NCBI GenBank assembly: GCA_028023455.1
Contig: JAQFVV010000004.1
Location: 20,026,001 to 20,090,000 of the forward strand
Direction: 5' to 3'
Source: Epiperipatus broadwayi
Taxonomy: Eukaryota; Animalia; Onychophora
DNA length: 64,000 nucleotides
A program made the translations under genes and the position numbers. Below the pieces are notes generated by a model, which was not told where the DNA came from, did no database searches, and was given only the letters and a program-made list of their open reading frames with translations. Numbering within the stretch: position 1 is the stretch's first letter; every line of letters starts with the position of its first letter. Below are positions 38,424-50,590 of this stretch, piece after piece.

Positions 38424-41400
38424 TGTAGAAACTTTTAGGGAGAAAAAAGTTATAAGTAAAATATTAAAGAGACATTATTTTAAAGTAAAAAAAATAAAAT
38501 TATAATTAAATCAGATAAAAAAGATTAAATGCTAAAGTAAACAATGGTCTAATTAGTGCAGCCAAAATGTCATTGAAAGGAATGCAAGTAGATTCTTTTT
38601 AGATGAACGACGATTTATAAAAAAACTAATTAATTAAAAAAGCAAAGATAATAAGTAATTGCCTGTATGAAGCATAAGGAAATAATCACCTGAGCTGATG
38701 TGCAGTGTACCAGCCAATCATTGCTGGGATTTGAAAACAATGAACTGCCTCAGTACTAAGCAATGAAGAAAGAGTTCAGTTGATTCTTGAGATGTATCTG
38801 TGTAGATGGATATATATATATTTGAGCAGAATGTTTCTCTTTCCACAGTGACTTCAAGTATGGAGAACTGGCCTCCAAACATGTCAAGAGTCAGTTATTT
38901 GATCTTTATTATTTTTTATGCCTTCGAGCCCATTGATATAATAATTGTATGTATGTAACTAGCTAAACATTTAAGGGATCGTATAATTAAAGTTTACTTT
39001 AAACTTAACCATTAGTCATTATTAACACATTTGTGGAAGTGTGATATTTATATATTTGCACTCGTGGGAATACATTCTCTAACAGATAGACATAACAATT
39101 GACACAGTCACAGTCTTAATTCGGACCATTAAGTAAAGAAACAGTAAAGTTGGATAAAAGTCAAAACAATGTAAGTAACAATCGGGGAATTTGATGTCAG
39201 TGGCAAGTAGTTGGCCACTATATGTTCAACGTGTAAAGAAATACTTATTTATCAATAGTTAGAGATGATAAGTATAACATTGTGTCATTACTGTGCTTTG
39301 TGGGTAAAGGAGTTATTGAGATTAGCCAACAGTCTCACTGAATTGCTAACTCCTGAAGAATGTACATACGATCATGTTAAAGAGCATTTAGCTAACCATT
39401 TTAACCCCCATTCTCAAGGCATGTCACTAGACTGCAATTTTGGTCCAGAAATCAAGGTTGGAATGAAAGCATAAAAGATTATGACAGCACTCTACATAAA
39501 TTAGCAAAGAATTGCATCTACAGATCTTTTCTAGATGAAGCCCTGCTGGAACAATTACTTACTGGTAAGTACAATGATAATTTATAGCAATAATTGTTGG
39601 CCATGAGCAATTTAGATTATAGTGAAGCTATAAAACATGGTATAGCTTAGGAACTCATGCTGGAACAATCTTGGCTTGCCAAGTTCAAAAGTCACTGCAA
39701 ATAGCAAACAGAGATCTGTAAAACCATGAGCAAAGAATTGTCAGAAATCAATGAAAATACAGTTAACAGTGAAACCAAGTTTATATGTTTCTGCTATGGA
39801 AAAAAGGATCACAAGCCAGCAATTGCTATCATAAAAGAGAGCATTGTAGTAAGTGTAAGAAAAGAAGCATTTGAAAAAAATGGACAAAAAAAGACTTCAG
39901 TGTAGACAGAAATGATACTAATAGTAATCATACAACAAAGAGTTGAGAAAAGCACTTGACTAATATTGAAAAGATGGCAACAACTAAGAAGGATAGTGTT
40001 AATGGTCAAAATTAAGGTATGTGACCAGCCCATATTCATGGAAGTTGACAGTGGCAGCAGTATATCATTGATGTTAGTCCATGATTGGTATACTGCAACT
40101 TCCAAGACTAAGAAAAGACCCAGTATAAATAAAAGTGGCCTAAAGGTGTGAGATATAAATGGTAAGGCCATTAGAATAAAGGAAGTTGTTCAAGCGCAGA
40201 TATGTAACAGTCAGGGCAAAATCATCATACTATCAATAAATGTAGTACATGCCCCCATCAACCCTATATTAGATCGAGACTGCTTCAGAAAAATGGGAAT
40301 TAAAATAATGTTAACTAAAAAAATAAATAGCCCCAAGAGAAAAAAAATTTCTGAGAGGATAAAGACAAGTTTGAGTAAAATAGAGTTACTCAAAGAGAAA
40401 AAACCTTTCCAGCAGCCAAAGCAAGTCAGAGAAGAACCAGAATGACCAGGAAAAGAAGCTAACAAAGTACAAAGCCATACTAAAAGCAAGAGTAAAAAAC
40501 AAAGTGGTAGCTCATTGGACAGCTGAAGACAGCAGCTACAAATGGATTGTGAAGAAGTTTTGTGAAGGCTGGCCAAATCAATGTCCCACTTTCCTTCACA
40601 AAGAATTATGGAATGCCTGGGATCAACTGTCATTACACAAAGGCTGCATTATGAAAGGTGATTGTACACTGATTCCAGTCAAAAGTAGTCAGCACATAGT
40701 AAAATGGCTGCAGAATAGTCAACAAAACATCAGCAGAGCTAAAGCTCTAGAGTTTAGTTATGTCTGGTGGCCAGATATTAGAGTAGACCTGCGGAAACAT
40801 AAAAATAATTATGGTGATTTTCAAATAGCTACATCTCCCAGAACACATCTTGTGAGTTGAAACATAATTCACAACAGCATGCTAAAAGAAAGTTTTAAAA
40901 ACCCTACATTTTTCTAATAACTCGTATTAAGTTCAGAAATTAAAAACTGATCTCTGAACTTGGGGGAAGTAATATTATGTATGTATATGTTTATATTTTC
41001 TTACATACACATATATCCATGTAGAAACTTTTAGAGAGAGAAAAGTTATAAGTAAAATATTAAAGAGACAGTCTTTTAAATTTAGAAAAAAGTTATAGTA
41101 GATAAAAAAGATTAAATGCTAAAAATGAACAATGGTCTAATTAGTGCAGCCGAAATGTTATTGAAAGTAATGCAAGTAGATTCTTTTTAGATAAATGACG
41201 ATCTATAAAAATAACTAATTAATTAAAAATGCAAAGATAATAATTAATTGCCTGTACCGAAGCATATGGAAATAATCACCTGAGAGGATGTGCAATATAC
41301 CAGACAATCATGGCTGGGATTTGAAAACAATGAACTGCTTCAGTACTAAGCGATTGAGAAAGAGTTCCCGTTGATTCTTGGAGACTTTCCACAGTGACTT

Positions 41401-41626
41401 CAAGTGTGAAGAACTGGCCTCCAAAAGTGTCAAGAGTCAGTTAGGACTTTTTAAAGATCCTACTGATCTTTATTATTATTTATTTGCCTTCAGGACCATT
41501 GATGTAATAATTGTATATATGTAAATAGCTAAATCTTTAAGGGATCATATAATTAAAGTTTACTTTAAAATTAACCATTAGTCATTATTAACACACTCAT
41601 GGAAGCCTGTTATATATGAATTTGCA
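38424..41626 (+). mobile_element. Internally deleted Ty3/gypsy LTR retrotransposon with truncated outer ends
   Basis: LTRs 38424-39097 and 40973-~41626, visibly diverged. PBS-like attgacacagtc at 39098; PPT gggggaag at 40962. Remnants of gag, protease (MEVDSGS) and integrase zinc-binding domain (SRAKAL..SYVWWP); RT, RNase H and integrase core absent. Confidence 0.85.
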
Positions 41627-42145
41627 TACCATTTGATTTATCTTCATTTTGTATAGTTCAAACCAAAGAAAATAAGTGACATAACATCCTATGTATCAAT
41701 AATTGTTTTTTCTTCAGCATAGATAAGGACATCATCTACTAGCACATATAAAAAGATGATATTGTTGTAGCAAACTTTTTTGGAATGACTGCTAATTCAA
41801 ATTGATTCAGTATTATACTACAAATTATTCCACTTAATGGTGGTCCCATAGACCAGCCATGTTGTATTGTATAAAATCCTCCATTGAAAAAGGTCACAAT
41901 GTCGTCATCCATACATTTAAGAGCATCAACAATAAAATTTATTTTGTGCTTATTAAATTTTAAATTAATTAAAGTATCACGAATTATACTATGAGATAGT
42001 GGGTGTGATACTGAACCATAAAGTTTCATTATATCTAATGAGGCAAGTTTATTGTTAGAGTTATACATTTGTGAATTAAAAATTTGTATGCATACAAATG
42101 AAGATTTTATAGTAAATTTTCCAAAACCAGCTTAATCAAATTAAA
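41627..42145 (-). mobile_element. PLE family Z, minus arm, RT part
   Basis: ORF 41739..42068 contains RT motifs 3-4 (LASLDIMKLY; HGWSMGPPLSG). Reverse complement of ~42375-42900. Confidence 0.85.
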
Positions 42146-43030
42146 TTAAAATTTAAACATGTGAAGAATATAATTTAAAAAGAGAAAAATATAAATTTAT
42201 TGTTTTAATATTAAGATATTATCAAAACAAAGCAACGAATAAATTTGCCTATAAAAGGTTTATCCAACAGCAGCTATTCCTCAAGAATTTTTGCAAAAGT
42301 AAAAATACATTAAAAAAATCAATCTCTTCAACTTTTAATTGTAGACAGCAAAATTAATAGCCATATTGATAATTGGTCAAGTTGGTTTTGGAAAACTTAA
42401 TACAAAATCTTCATTTGAAGGTACATTAATTTTAAATTCACAAACATATAACTCTAACAATAAACTTGTCTCATTAGATGTAACGGGAACTTTATGATTC
42501 AGTATCAGCCTCACTATCTATAAGTATAATTCATGATATTTCAGTTAATTTAAATTTTAATAAGCACAAATTAAATTTTATTGCCGGTGCTCTTAAATGA
42601 ATGGATGGAGTCATTATAGCCCTTATTAATGGAAGATTTTATACAGTAGAACATGGCTGGTTTACGAGGCTACTATTAAATGGAATAATTTGTAGTACGT
42701 TATTGAATCAATCTGAATTAGCAGTCATTCCAAAAAAAGTTTGCTACAGCAATATTATCTTTATATATGTGCTACAAAGGTGATATCATTATCTATGCTG
42801 AAGAAAAAAATTATTGATACATAGGATGAGTTATATCAAGTACCTTCTTTGGTTTGGACTATAGAAAATGAAGATAAATCAAATGGTATAAAAATTTTAA
42901 ATATATATATATATCCAACATTCAAATACTGTACACATATAAATTATAAAACCTATCAGTATTTGTGGTGTAATTTATCTGCATTCATATATTCCAATTT
43001 CACATAAATGGGCTGGCTTCAAATGTTTTT

Positions 43031-43123
43031 TTTTTCATATGTCAAATGCGTTGACCAGGAAGTGAACCTGGGCCAGCTGCTTGGAATGCAGCTATGCTAA
43101 CCACTAGGCCACCAACGCTTGAG
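43031..43123 (-). mobile_element. tRNA-Gly(TCC)-derived SINE with poly(A) and 16-bp TSD
   Basis: tRNA-like part 43047-43118 GCGTTGGTGGCCTAGTGGTTAGCATAGCTGCATTCCAAGCAGCTGGCCCAGGTTCACTTCCTGGTCAACGCA. TSD ggcttcaaatgttttt at 43015-43030 and 43124-43139. Confidence 0.92.
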
Positions 43124-43816
43124 GGCTTCAAATGTTTTTGTACAGAAAATGTAAATTATGCAAGTATGAAGCAGATAGAAAAGACAGCATTGAAAACTAT
43201 ATAAAAGACTTAGTCAATTCAGGGTATAATATTAATATATTAAATAAAACTCTTTAATAATTCTATTCATCTTTAAATAACAGGAACATTAATAACAATC
43301 TTAATGCATATATCAGCCCTCCTTTTGCTCTGCATATATCTAAAAAGATGAAAATAATTTGCTCAATCAAATAAATTCAATATTAGTTTTAGAATCCTTC
43401 ATAATCTTAATCAAATAATGAATAACATTAACAATAAATTATCTCCAGATTAAAATCTCCAAATCTATAAAATTAAATGCAATAAACCAACATGTAATGC
43501 AATTTATTATGGTGAGCCTCGTGCCAACAGCACTATAAGATTAGCACAACACAAATATGTATACAAACACACCAACAGGTATCATTATTAAATCTACATT
43601 TTTAGAACATGAAATCTAGTCTGGCCATAATTTTAATCTACTTAATACTAAAGTTGTTAATGCTGAGCACAATGATCAAAAAAAATATAAAGAGGTGTGG
43701 CTTATTGGAAATAACATCAACACAATAAACAAGAAAGACACATGAATTGCATTATCATGTAAATGTTATATATTTAAATTATTTAATTTATATAATCTAT
43801 TTAAATAACTTATATT

Positions 43817-43855
43817 TGTTCTACGAATATTATTGTCAGGTCGAAAGCTAAGCTA
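43817..43855 (+). ncRNA. Decayed A3-U8 hammerhead of PLE family Z
   Basis: gttct ACGAATA T tattgtcaggtc GAAA gc t a agcta, located just 3' of the GIY-YIG region. The mirror arm has ATGAATA...gtgctaaact with stem II deleted (37727-37765). Confidence 0.5.
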
Positions 43856-44219
43856 TAAATTTTTCTAATAAATTTCAATCTTTCCAGATTAGTGTACCTA
43901 CTTTATTTATTTTATATTCAAATTAATGAAAAAAGTAATCTTATTGAGTTATAAAAGAATAAATAATATTTAGAAATTAATTCGTAATCTCTATAAAGTC
44001 CAGTGCAATCTATAGATGCAAGAATATACTTTAGTCTAACCCAATCAAAAGTTTCAATGCTGCTGAAGAAACTCCTAGGAATTTCTCTAAAGGTATCGCA
44101 GATGATTTAAGAGACCCAAAACAGGAGAAACATTATGCCATATTTTTGAATTAACTGGCTTGGGAAGTTATACTAAAGTAATAATGGAAGAACAAGATGT
44201 TTCTATGGGTACTGACCAC

Positions 44220-44808
44220 GAAAGCACTGGAACAAAATGTGGACAAAAATGTGCAAAAAGGACTGAAGACAAAAGAAAGTGCAGCTGTTAAAGCACATGT
44301 GGAAGAGAAAGAAAAAAATATAGCTATTATGATAATTAAAAAAGATTGTCCACACATTGTATATGAATGCATGCAGAATATATTAAAATCAGTAGACACT
44401 CTAACTGTTATTCTTGTCCAGTGAGGCAGTTCACAAAATGAACAGGAACATGTACAAGAAGAAAAAGATAAAGTAGAAGAAAATGCAACTATTAATATGG
44501 ACAAAAAAGCATAGATGAAAGCACTGGAACAAAATGTGGACAAAAATGTGCAAAAAGGACTGAAGACAAAAGAAAGTGCAGCTGTTAAAGCACATGTGGA
44601 AGAGAAAGAAAAAAATATAGCTATTATGATAATTAAAAAAGATTGTCTACACATTGTATATGAATGCATGCAGAATATTTAAAATCAATAGACACTCTAA
44701 CTTATTCTTGTCCAGTGAGGAAATTCACAAAATGAACAGGAACATGTACAAGAAGAAAAAGATAAAGTAGAAGAAAATGCAACTATTAATATGGACAAAA
44801 AAGCATAG
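44220..44808 (+). repeat. Near-identical 297-bp tandem duplication
   Basis: Units 44220-44516 and 44517-44808 differ by only a few substitutions and small deletions. Confidence 0.95.
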
Positions 44809-45157
44809 TTTACAAAGTCCATAGCAAATGTAAAAGAAAATGAGTATACATACATAACAATTAAATATAGTCTATAAATCTCTGTCTTAATTAATTGCAG
44901 TTGCTTACATAGATATTGTATATCTTGTCTATAAACTATTCCATAATGAATGCTTTTTATTCAACCAACACTCTGCTGATGACTACATATACATTTAATA
45001 CAGCAGCTCATTGCAGGTTTTTTTACATGTCTTTCCTGCATAATCTCAGCTTACTTGCATATACTTTTATTATCATTTGAAGATAATCAAATTGTATGTA
45101 AATATTTTTTACAGTGAATACTAATAATGAAAGGTGCAAATTATATATGTACTGTCT

Positions 45158-45844
45158 TGTTATGTTGTAGTACGATTAATATTAAGAAAAAATACGTTTG
45201 AAACTGTGTGTACTCCAGAAGTTAAAAGTGCTAAATAATTACATGTGAAAGTAAACGAGTAGATTTAATAAAAATGAAAATTAGAAATTGCAAATGGTTT
45301 TTCATATAGATATTTTATAAAAAGCAAGGTGTAAAACAAGATGGAAGATCCGAATAAATAATTAATTAAAAGAAGGATTAAAAATGTAAAGAACAATTTA
45401 ATTAATTAGTTCAGAAATAAGTCCAGAATAATTTGGTGATTAAAATTGATAAGGAATAAACAATAGAAAAAAAAAGTAGATATAATCTAACAGAGAAAGG
45501 ACAGATTAGTGTGAGTCCTGATTTTCTGAGAGACTAAAGTGTAGCGCAAATTTAGAACAGGACCAACGATGGGAGGAGAACCAGATATTCAGGTCTGAAG
45601 GTACCAAAGACCGACCTAGGGTAATTATACAGACTATACCTGTCTTATTATTATTTTTGTAAGCCTTACAGGTGCTAGTACAACTAATAATAATTCTGTT
45701 TATAAATGTTTGTTATTTTTCATACTAATAAAATCTTGTATCTGTTAAGTGGGATATCTTAATTTTATGCAAGAGAGTAATCGTTACTTGGATTAGGTGT
45801 ATTTGGTTGTTTCTCGTAAGTCACATTAAATCAAGAACATCACA
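45158..45844 (+). repeat. 5' LTR
   Basis: About 96-97% identical to 49781-50472 by manual comparison. Confidence 0.95.
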
Positions 45845-45940
45845 ATTTTGGTGCAGTCGGGAGAAAACCTGTTTTTCAAGCTTATGAAAGAAATACACCG
45901 AACAGTAATTTAGAAGTCGGTGAGTTGTTAAAGAATTAAA

Positions 45941-46742
45941 ATGTCGATAGGACAAACTAATATATCAGAATTTGGGATAGATAATCCACATGAATGACCC
46001 TTTTATGTGCTCCAATTACAAAATTATTTTAAGTTAAATACTATTATTGAAAATGACAGGAAAGTAGCAGCGTTATTATGTTTGTCAGGTAAAAAAGTTA
46101 TTGAAATAGTAAACAAATTGTATAATGGACAAGTTACATATAGTAGTAACTACGATGACCTGGTTCAAAGACTACAGATTATTTTAGCCCAAGACCATTG
46201 AAGTATTTAGCTAGATTAAAATTGAGGAACCGCAAACAAGACAACTCGAATCGATAAAAGAATATATTGTTCTACGCCAATTAGCAAAGAATTGTGAGTA
46301 CGGCAACTTTGTGGAACAAATTCTTATTGACCAGTTGTTATGGGGAATGAAGGACAATAAATTGTGTCAATCATTATTAATTCAAACTCAGATGACTTAT
46401 GAAGGTGCTATTCAAAAGGGAATAGTATATGAATTAGTGGTAGAACAAGCTTTAGCTTTTTCAAATAGAATGGAGGAAAACTCTAGGAATACTATTTTTA
46501 AAATAGAGAGAAAGGATAAGGATTGTACTAAAGAAGGGAAAAGTTTCAAAATAAAATGTTTTTGTTGTGGCAAAGTAGGTCATTTGTCTAAAAGCTGTAA
46601 ATGGAGGAACGAAAAATGTTACAACTGTGGGGGCAACGGCCATTTAGCAGCAGGGTGCAAAAACCCTAAACAAAAATCTGAATACGGTAAAGACCAGAAA
46701 CAGTGGAAATCAGTAATTAAAAAAAAATATCTTAAAAAATGA
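45941..46742 (+). pseudogene. gag with two CCHC zinc knuckles, disrupted
   Basis: ATG at 45941; CFCCGKVGHLSKSC and CYNCGGNGHLAAGC; internal stops and a frameshift. Confidence 0.9.
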
Positions 46743-46755
46743 GCAGGATCAATTC

Positions 46756-49548
46756 ATGCTAGAGATTAAGTTAAGTAACAAAAAAGTAGAAATGGAAATA
46801 GATAGTGGCTCAGGAATTTCGTTAATATCTATGAAAAAGTGGAAGGAAATATCCACAGAGAGCACTCAGATTAAAATACAGAAAGCTAACATTAATGTTA
46901 GAGATGTCAATGGGAACCTGATCAAGTTAATTGGGAAATCCGAAGTAATAGTTGGTTTTAAAAATAAAAACTACAAATTACCTATATATAGTAGATAAAG
47001 AGATTAGTCTGTTAACAGGAAGAAACTGGTTTAAAGACCTAGGCATTAAATTTAATATAGTTAAAAAGGTCTCGGTGAAAAAGAAATGATAGAGTTATAT
47101 CCAAATTTATTTATGGAAGATTTAGGTTTGATAAAATCAAAGCCCGTTGACTTGCACTTAAATGAAAATGCTAAACCGGTTATTTGTAAACTGAGAAAAA
47201 TACCTTTTGCACAAAGGCAGTTAGTAGAGGAAAAAATAGAAGCATTAGTTAAAAAAGATGTGTTATCCCCAGTCGAGGAGGCGGAATGGGCCATGCCGAT
47301 TGTTGTGTAGCAAAACCAGACGGAAAAATTAGGCTGTGTGGAGATTATAGAACAACAGTAAATAAGTATCATAATAAGGGAGCTTACCCGGTACCGAATG
47401 CACGTGAGATTCTCAGTAATCTAGCTAAAGCAAAAAATTTTGCGAATTTGGATTTAAATTCGGCATATCACCAACTAAAAGTTACAGATGTTACAGCTCG
47501 GTTATTAACAATTAGGACCCCTTTTGGATTATTCAAATGTGCATCTCCCTTTTGGAATTACATCAGCTCCAAACATATTTTAAGCAAAAATAAATTCAAG
47601 ATTACAAGGTTTGGAAGGAGCGATGCCATATTATGATGATATTTTGATTGCTGCAACTTCACCAGAAAAATTAAGAAGTAAAATTCAGGAAGTATGCGAG
47701 AAACTAAATAACGCAGGGGTAAAATTAAATGTTAAAAAATGTGTTTGGGAAATGGAAGAATTAAAGTTTTTAGGCCATCTTATTTCGGAAAAAGGAAAAG
47801 TCCATTAACTGATAAAATTAGGGCAGTCAAAGATGTTCCAAGCCCAATAAATGTCAAGCAACTTCAAGCTTTTCTAGGTTTGATTAATTTTTTTGAACCT
47901 TTTCTAAAGAACAAAGCGATGGTCGCAACTCCTCTATATGAACTGCTATAAAAAGATCAGAAATGGATTTGGAATACCAAACATGAAAAAGCATTTAAAG
48001 AAGTTAAGGAATTGTTAACCTCTAGTAGCTTATTAGTGCATTTTGATAGCGACAAAGACGTCACTATTACTACGGATGCATCACAATATGGAATCAGAGC
48101 AGTTTTAGCACATCAAATAGATGGGCATGAATGTCCTGTAGCTTAGGCTTCTCGGACTTTGTCTAAAGCTGAAAAAAAATTATAGTCAGCTGGACAAAGA
48201 AGCTTTGGCAGTCATGTTTGCTGTGAAAAAATTTCAGCAGTTTATATATGGATGGAAATTTGAATTAGTAACAGATCATAAACCTTTGTTAGGGATTATA
48301 GGAAAAGATCGTCCGATGCCAGAGCATTTAAGTCCATGCATGCTCAGATGGGCTAATACACTTACTGCTTACAATTTCAATCTAAAATATCAAAAAGGAA
48401 AGATAATTTCTCATGCGGATGCTCTATCTAGAGTGCCCAGAAATAATGACAACTATGAAACTGATGTGGAAGTTAATCACATTGACAATATGAAATCACA
48501 AGTCATAAATAGTAAAGTAGTTCAGACATGGACAAATAAAAATGATGGGTATGCGTTACTTAGGAAATGGATAAGCAAAGGTTGGCCTAATAAAAAACCT
48601 GAAAATGTAGCAATGGGGTTTTGGGTCAATAGAGACAAATTGTCAGTCTGTAAAGGGTGTATTAATATGGGAGACAGGGTAGTTATACCTCCTATAGGGA
48701 GAATGAAAGTTCTAGAACTTTTGTATCAGGGGCACCCAGGCATCATGCGAGCTAAAGCTCTAGCTCGGAATTATGTTTGGTGGCCGCAGATAAGTAATGA
48801 TATTGAAAAGTATATTAAGAAATGTGATAAATGTAAGTCTGAAATAGCTCTGCCGAATAGGGAATATTCTTCTTGGCCTAAACCAATATATCCATAGCAA
48901 AGACTTCATATAAACCATGCGGGTCCAATAGAAGGAAGAAATTATTTAATTTTAATCGATGCTTTCTCTAAATGGATAGAATGTCATGAGGTTAAAAATA
49001 CTAGTGCGAACGAAACAATAAAATGTTTAACAGACATATTTTATATACATGGATTTCCACAAGCAATCATTGACAACGGAACTGGATTTGCGAGTGAAGA
49101 ATTAAAAATACAATTTGGAAAATGGGACATCAAACATGTATTTACACCCCCTTATCACCCTGAATCAAATGATTTGGCGGAAAATGTGGTAGGGCAAGTG
49201 AAGAAATATTTAAGAAAAAACAAAAATATGGATATGAAAAACATCTTACAGGAATTCATGATGTATCAACATATAACTCCATCAACAATGACTGGAAAAT
49301 CAGCAGCTGAAATGTTATTCAGTCGGAAAATACGAACTAATTTAGATTTTTTGCGACCTGATACACACATATATAAATATAACCAAGACCCAGTGAAAAA
49401 CTTTAACATTGGAGATGTGGTAATATTCAGAGATATACTACGTAAAAATGGGTTAATGGAAAAATTGAACGGGTGCAATCAAAGCAATTTTATGATATTA
49501 AAGGCGAAAATGGAAACATATAAGCGTCACAAAAATCATATTCGATAA
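46756..49548 (+). pseudogene. pol (protease, RT, RNase H, integrase), disrupted
   Basis: EIDSGSG; IRLCGDYR; LDLNSAYHQ; YYDDILI; TDAS; VTDHKPL; HPGIMRAKALARNYVWWP; PPYHPESN. Several stops and frameshifts. Confidence 0.95.
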
Positions 49549-49780
49549 AGTGAAGATGACATTCAACTAGATATATTCCAGCAGTTCCAACATGTAAATG
49601 AAAAGAATTCAGATAAACAAATGATACTGACCGACATCGAAGAAGATGTGGTTGAAGAGGATAAAATACAGATTGAAAAGAGGAAATCACCTAGACCAAT
49701 ATGATGTAAAAGAAGCCCTTTGTACCTAAAAGAATATGTATAAGACAGATAAACCATAACTTCTGGAGTGGGGGAGGAAT

Positions 49781-50472
49781 TGTTATGTTGTAGTATGATT
49801 AATATTAAGAAATAATACGTTTGAAACTGTGTGTACTCCAGAAGTTAAAAGTGTTAAATAATTACATGTGAAAGTAAACGAATAGATTTAATAAAAATGA
49901 AAATTAGAAATTACAAATGGTTTTTCATATAGATATTTTATTAAAATCAAGGTGTAAAACAAGATGGAAGATCCGAATAAATAATTAATTAAATGAAGGA
50001 TTAAAAATGTAAAGAACAATTTAATTAATTAGATCAGAAATAAGCCCAGAATAATTTGGTGATTAAAATTGATAAGGAATAAACAATAGAAAAAAAAGTA
50101 GATATAATCTAGCAGAGAAAGGACAGATTAGTGTGAGTCCTGATTTTCTGAGAGACTAAAGTGTAGCATGAATTCAGAACAGGACTAACGATGAGAGGAG
50201 AACCAGATATTCGGGTCTGAAGGTACCAAAGACCGACCTAGGGTAATTATACAGACTATACCTGTCTTATTATTATTTTTGTAAGCCTTACAGCCTTATA
50301 GGCGCTAGTAGAACTAATGATAATTCTGTTTATAAATGTTTGTTATTTTTCATACTAATAAAATCTTGTATCTGTTGTGGGATATCTTAATTTTATGCAA
50401 GAGAGTAATCGTTACTTGAATTAGGTGTATTTGGTTGTTTCTCGTAAGTCACATTAAATCAAGTACATCACA
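49781..50472 (+). repeat. 3' LTR
   Basis: Follows the PPT; ends catcaca before the TSD. Confidence 0.95.
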
Positions 50473-50543
50473 TGTCTACATGCCATAAATATATACTCTG
50501 ACATGTTCTCATAAAAAAAGCTATAACTGCATGAAAATTATTG

Positions 50544-50590
50544 AAGCTTAGCACTTTCAAGGGCATTGAATGTCCTCATAGTCATAGCCT
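50544..50590 (-). ncRNA. Minimal type I hammerhead, A3-U8 core (PLE-X)
   Basis: AGGCT ATGACTA T GAGGAC ATTCAAT GCCCTT GAAA GTGC T A AGCTT. Confidence 0.75.

Larger units (their letters stand above)
42150..43915 (+). mobile_element. PLE family Z, plus arm (RT to GIY-YIG to HHR relic)
   Basis: RT fragment 42601..42783, thumb ~43140-43400, GIY-YIG at ~43470-43740 (IYYGE..RLAQHKY..EHE..GHNF), HHR relic 43817-43855. Interrupted by a tRNA SINE. Confidence 0.8.
45158..50472 (+). mobile_element. Full-length Ty3/gypsy (Mag-like) LTR retrotransposon
   Basis: TG...CA LTRs at 45158-45844 and 49781-50472. 5-bp TSD tgtct at 45153-45157 and 50473-50477. PBS tggtgcagtcgg at 45849 (tRNA-Ser-like). PPT gggggaggaa at 49770-49779. 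gag-PR-RT-RH-IN order, no env. Confidence 0.97.

Noticed and set aside
43047-43118. Functional tRNA-Gly gene
   Set aside because: Mutated B box, poly(A) tail, TSD and position inside a PLE indicate a retroposed copy; the same applies to 13159-13230.
44057-44102. CTGAAGA followed by a hairpin, hammerhead-like
   Set aside because: No GAAA, and no consistent stem I or stem III/NUH arrangement.
44151-44669. 172-aa hydrophobic minus-strand ORF
   Set aside because: Antisense shadow of an A-rich tandem duplication.
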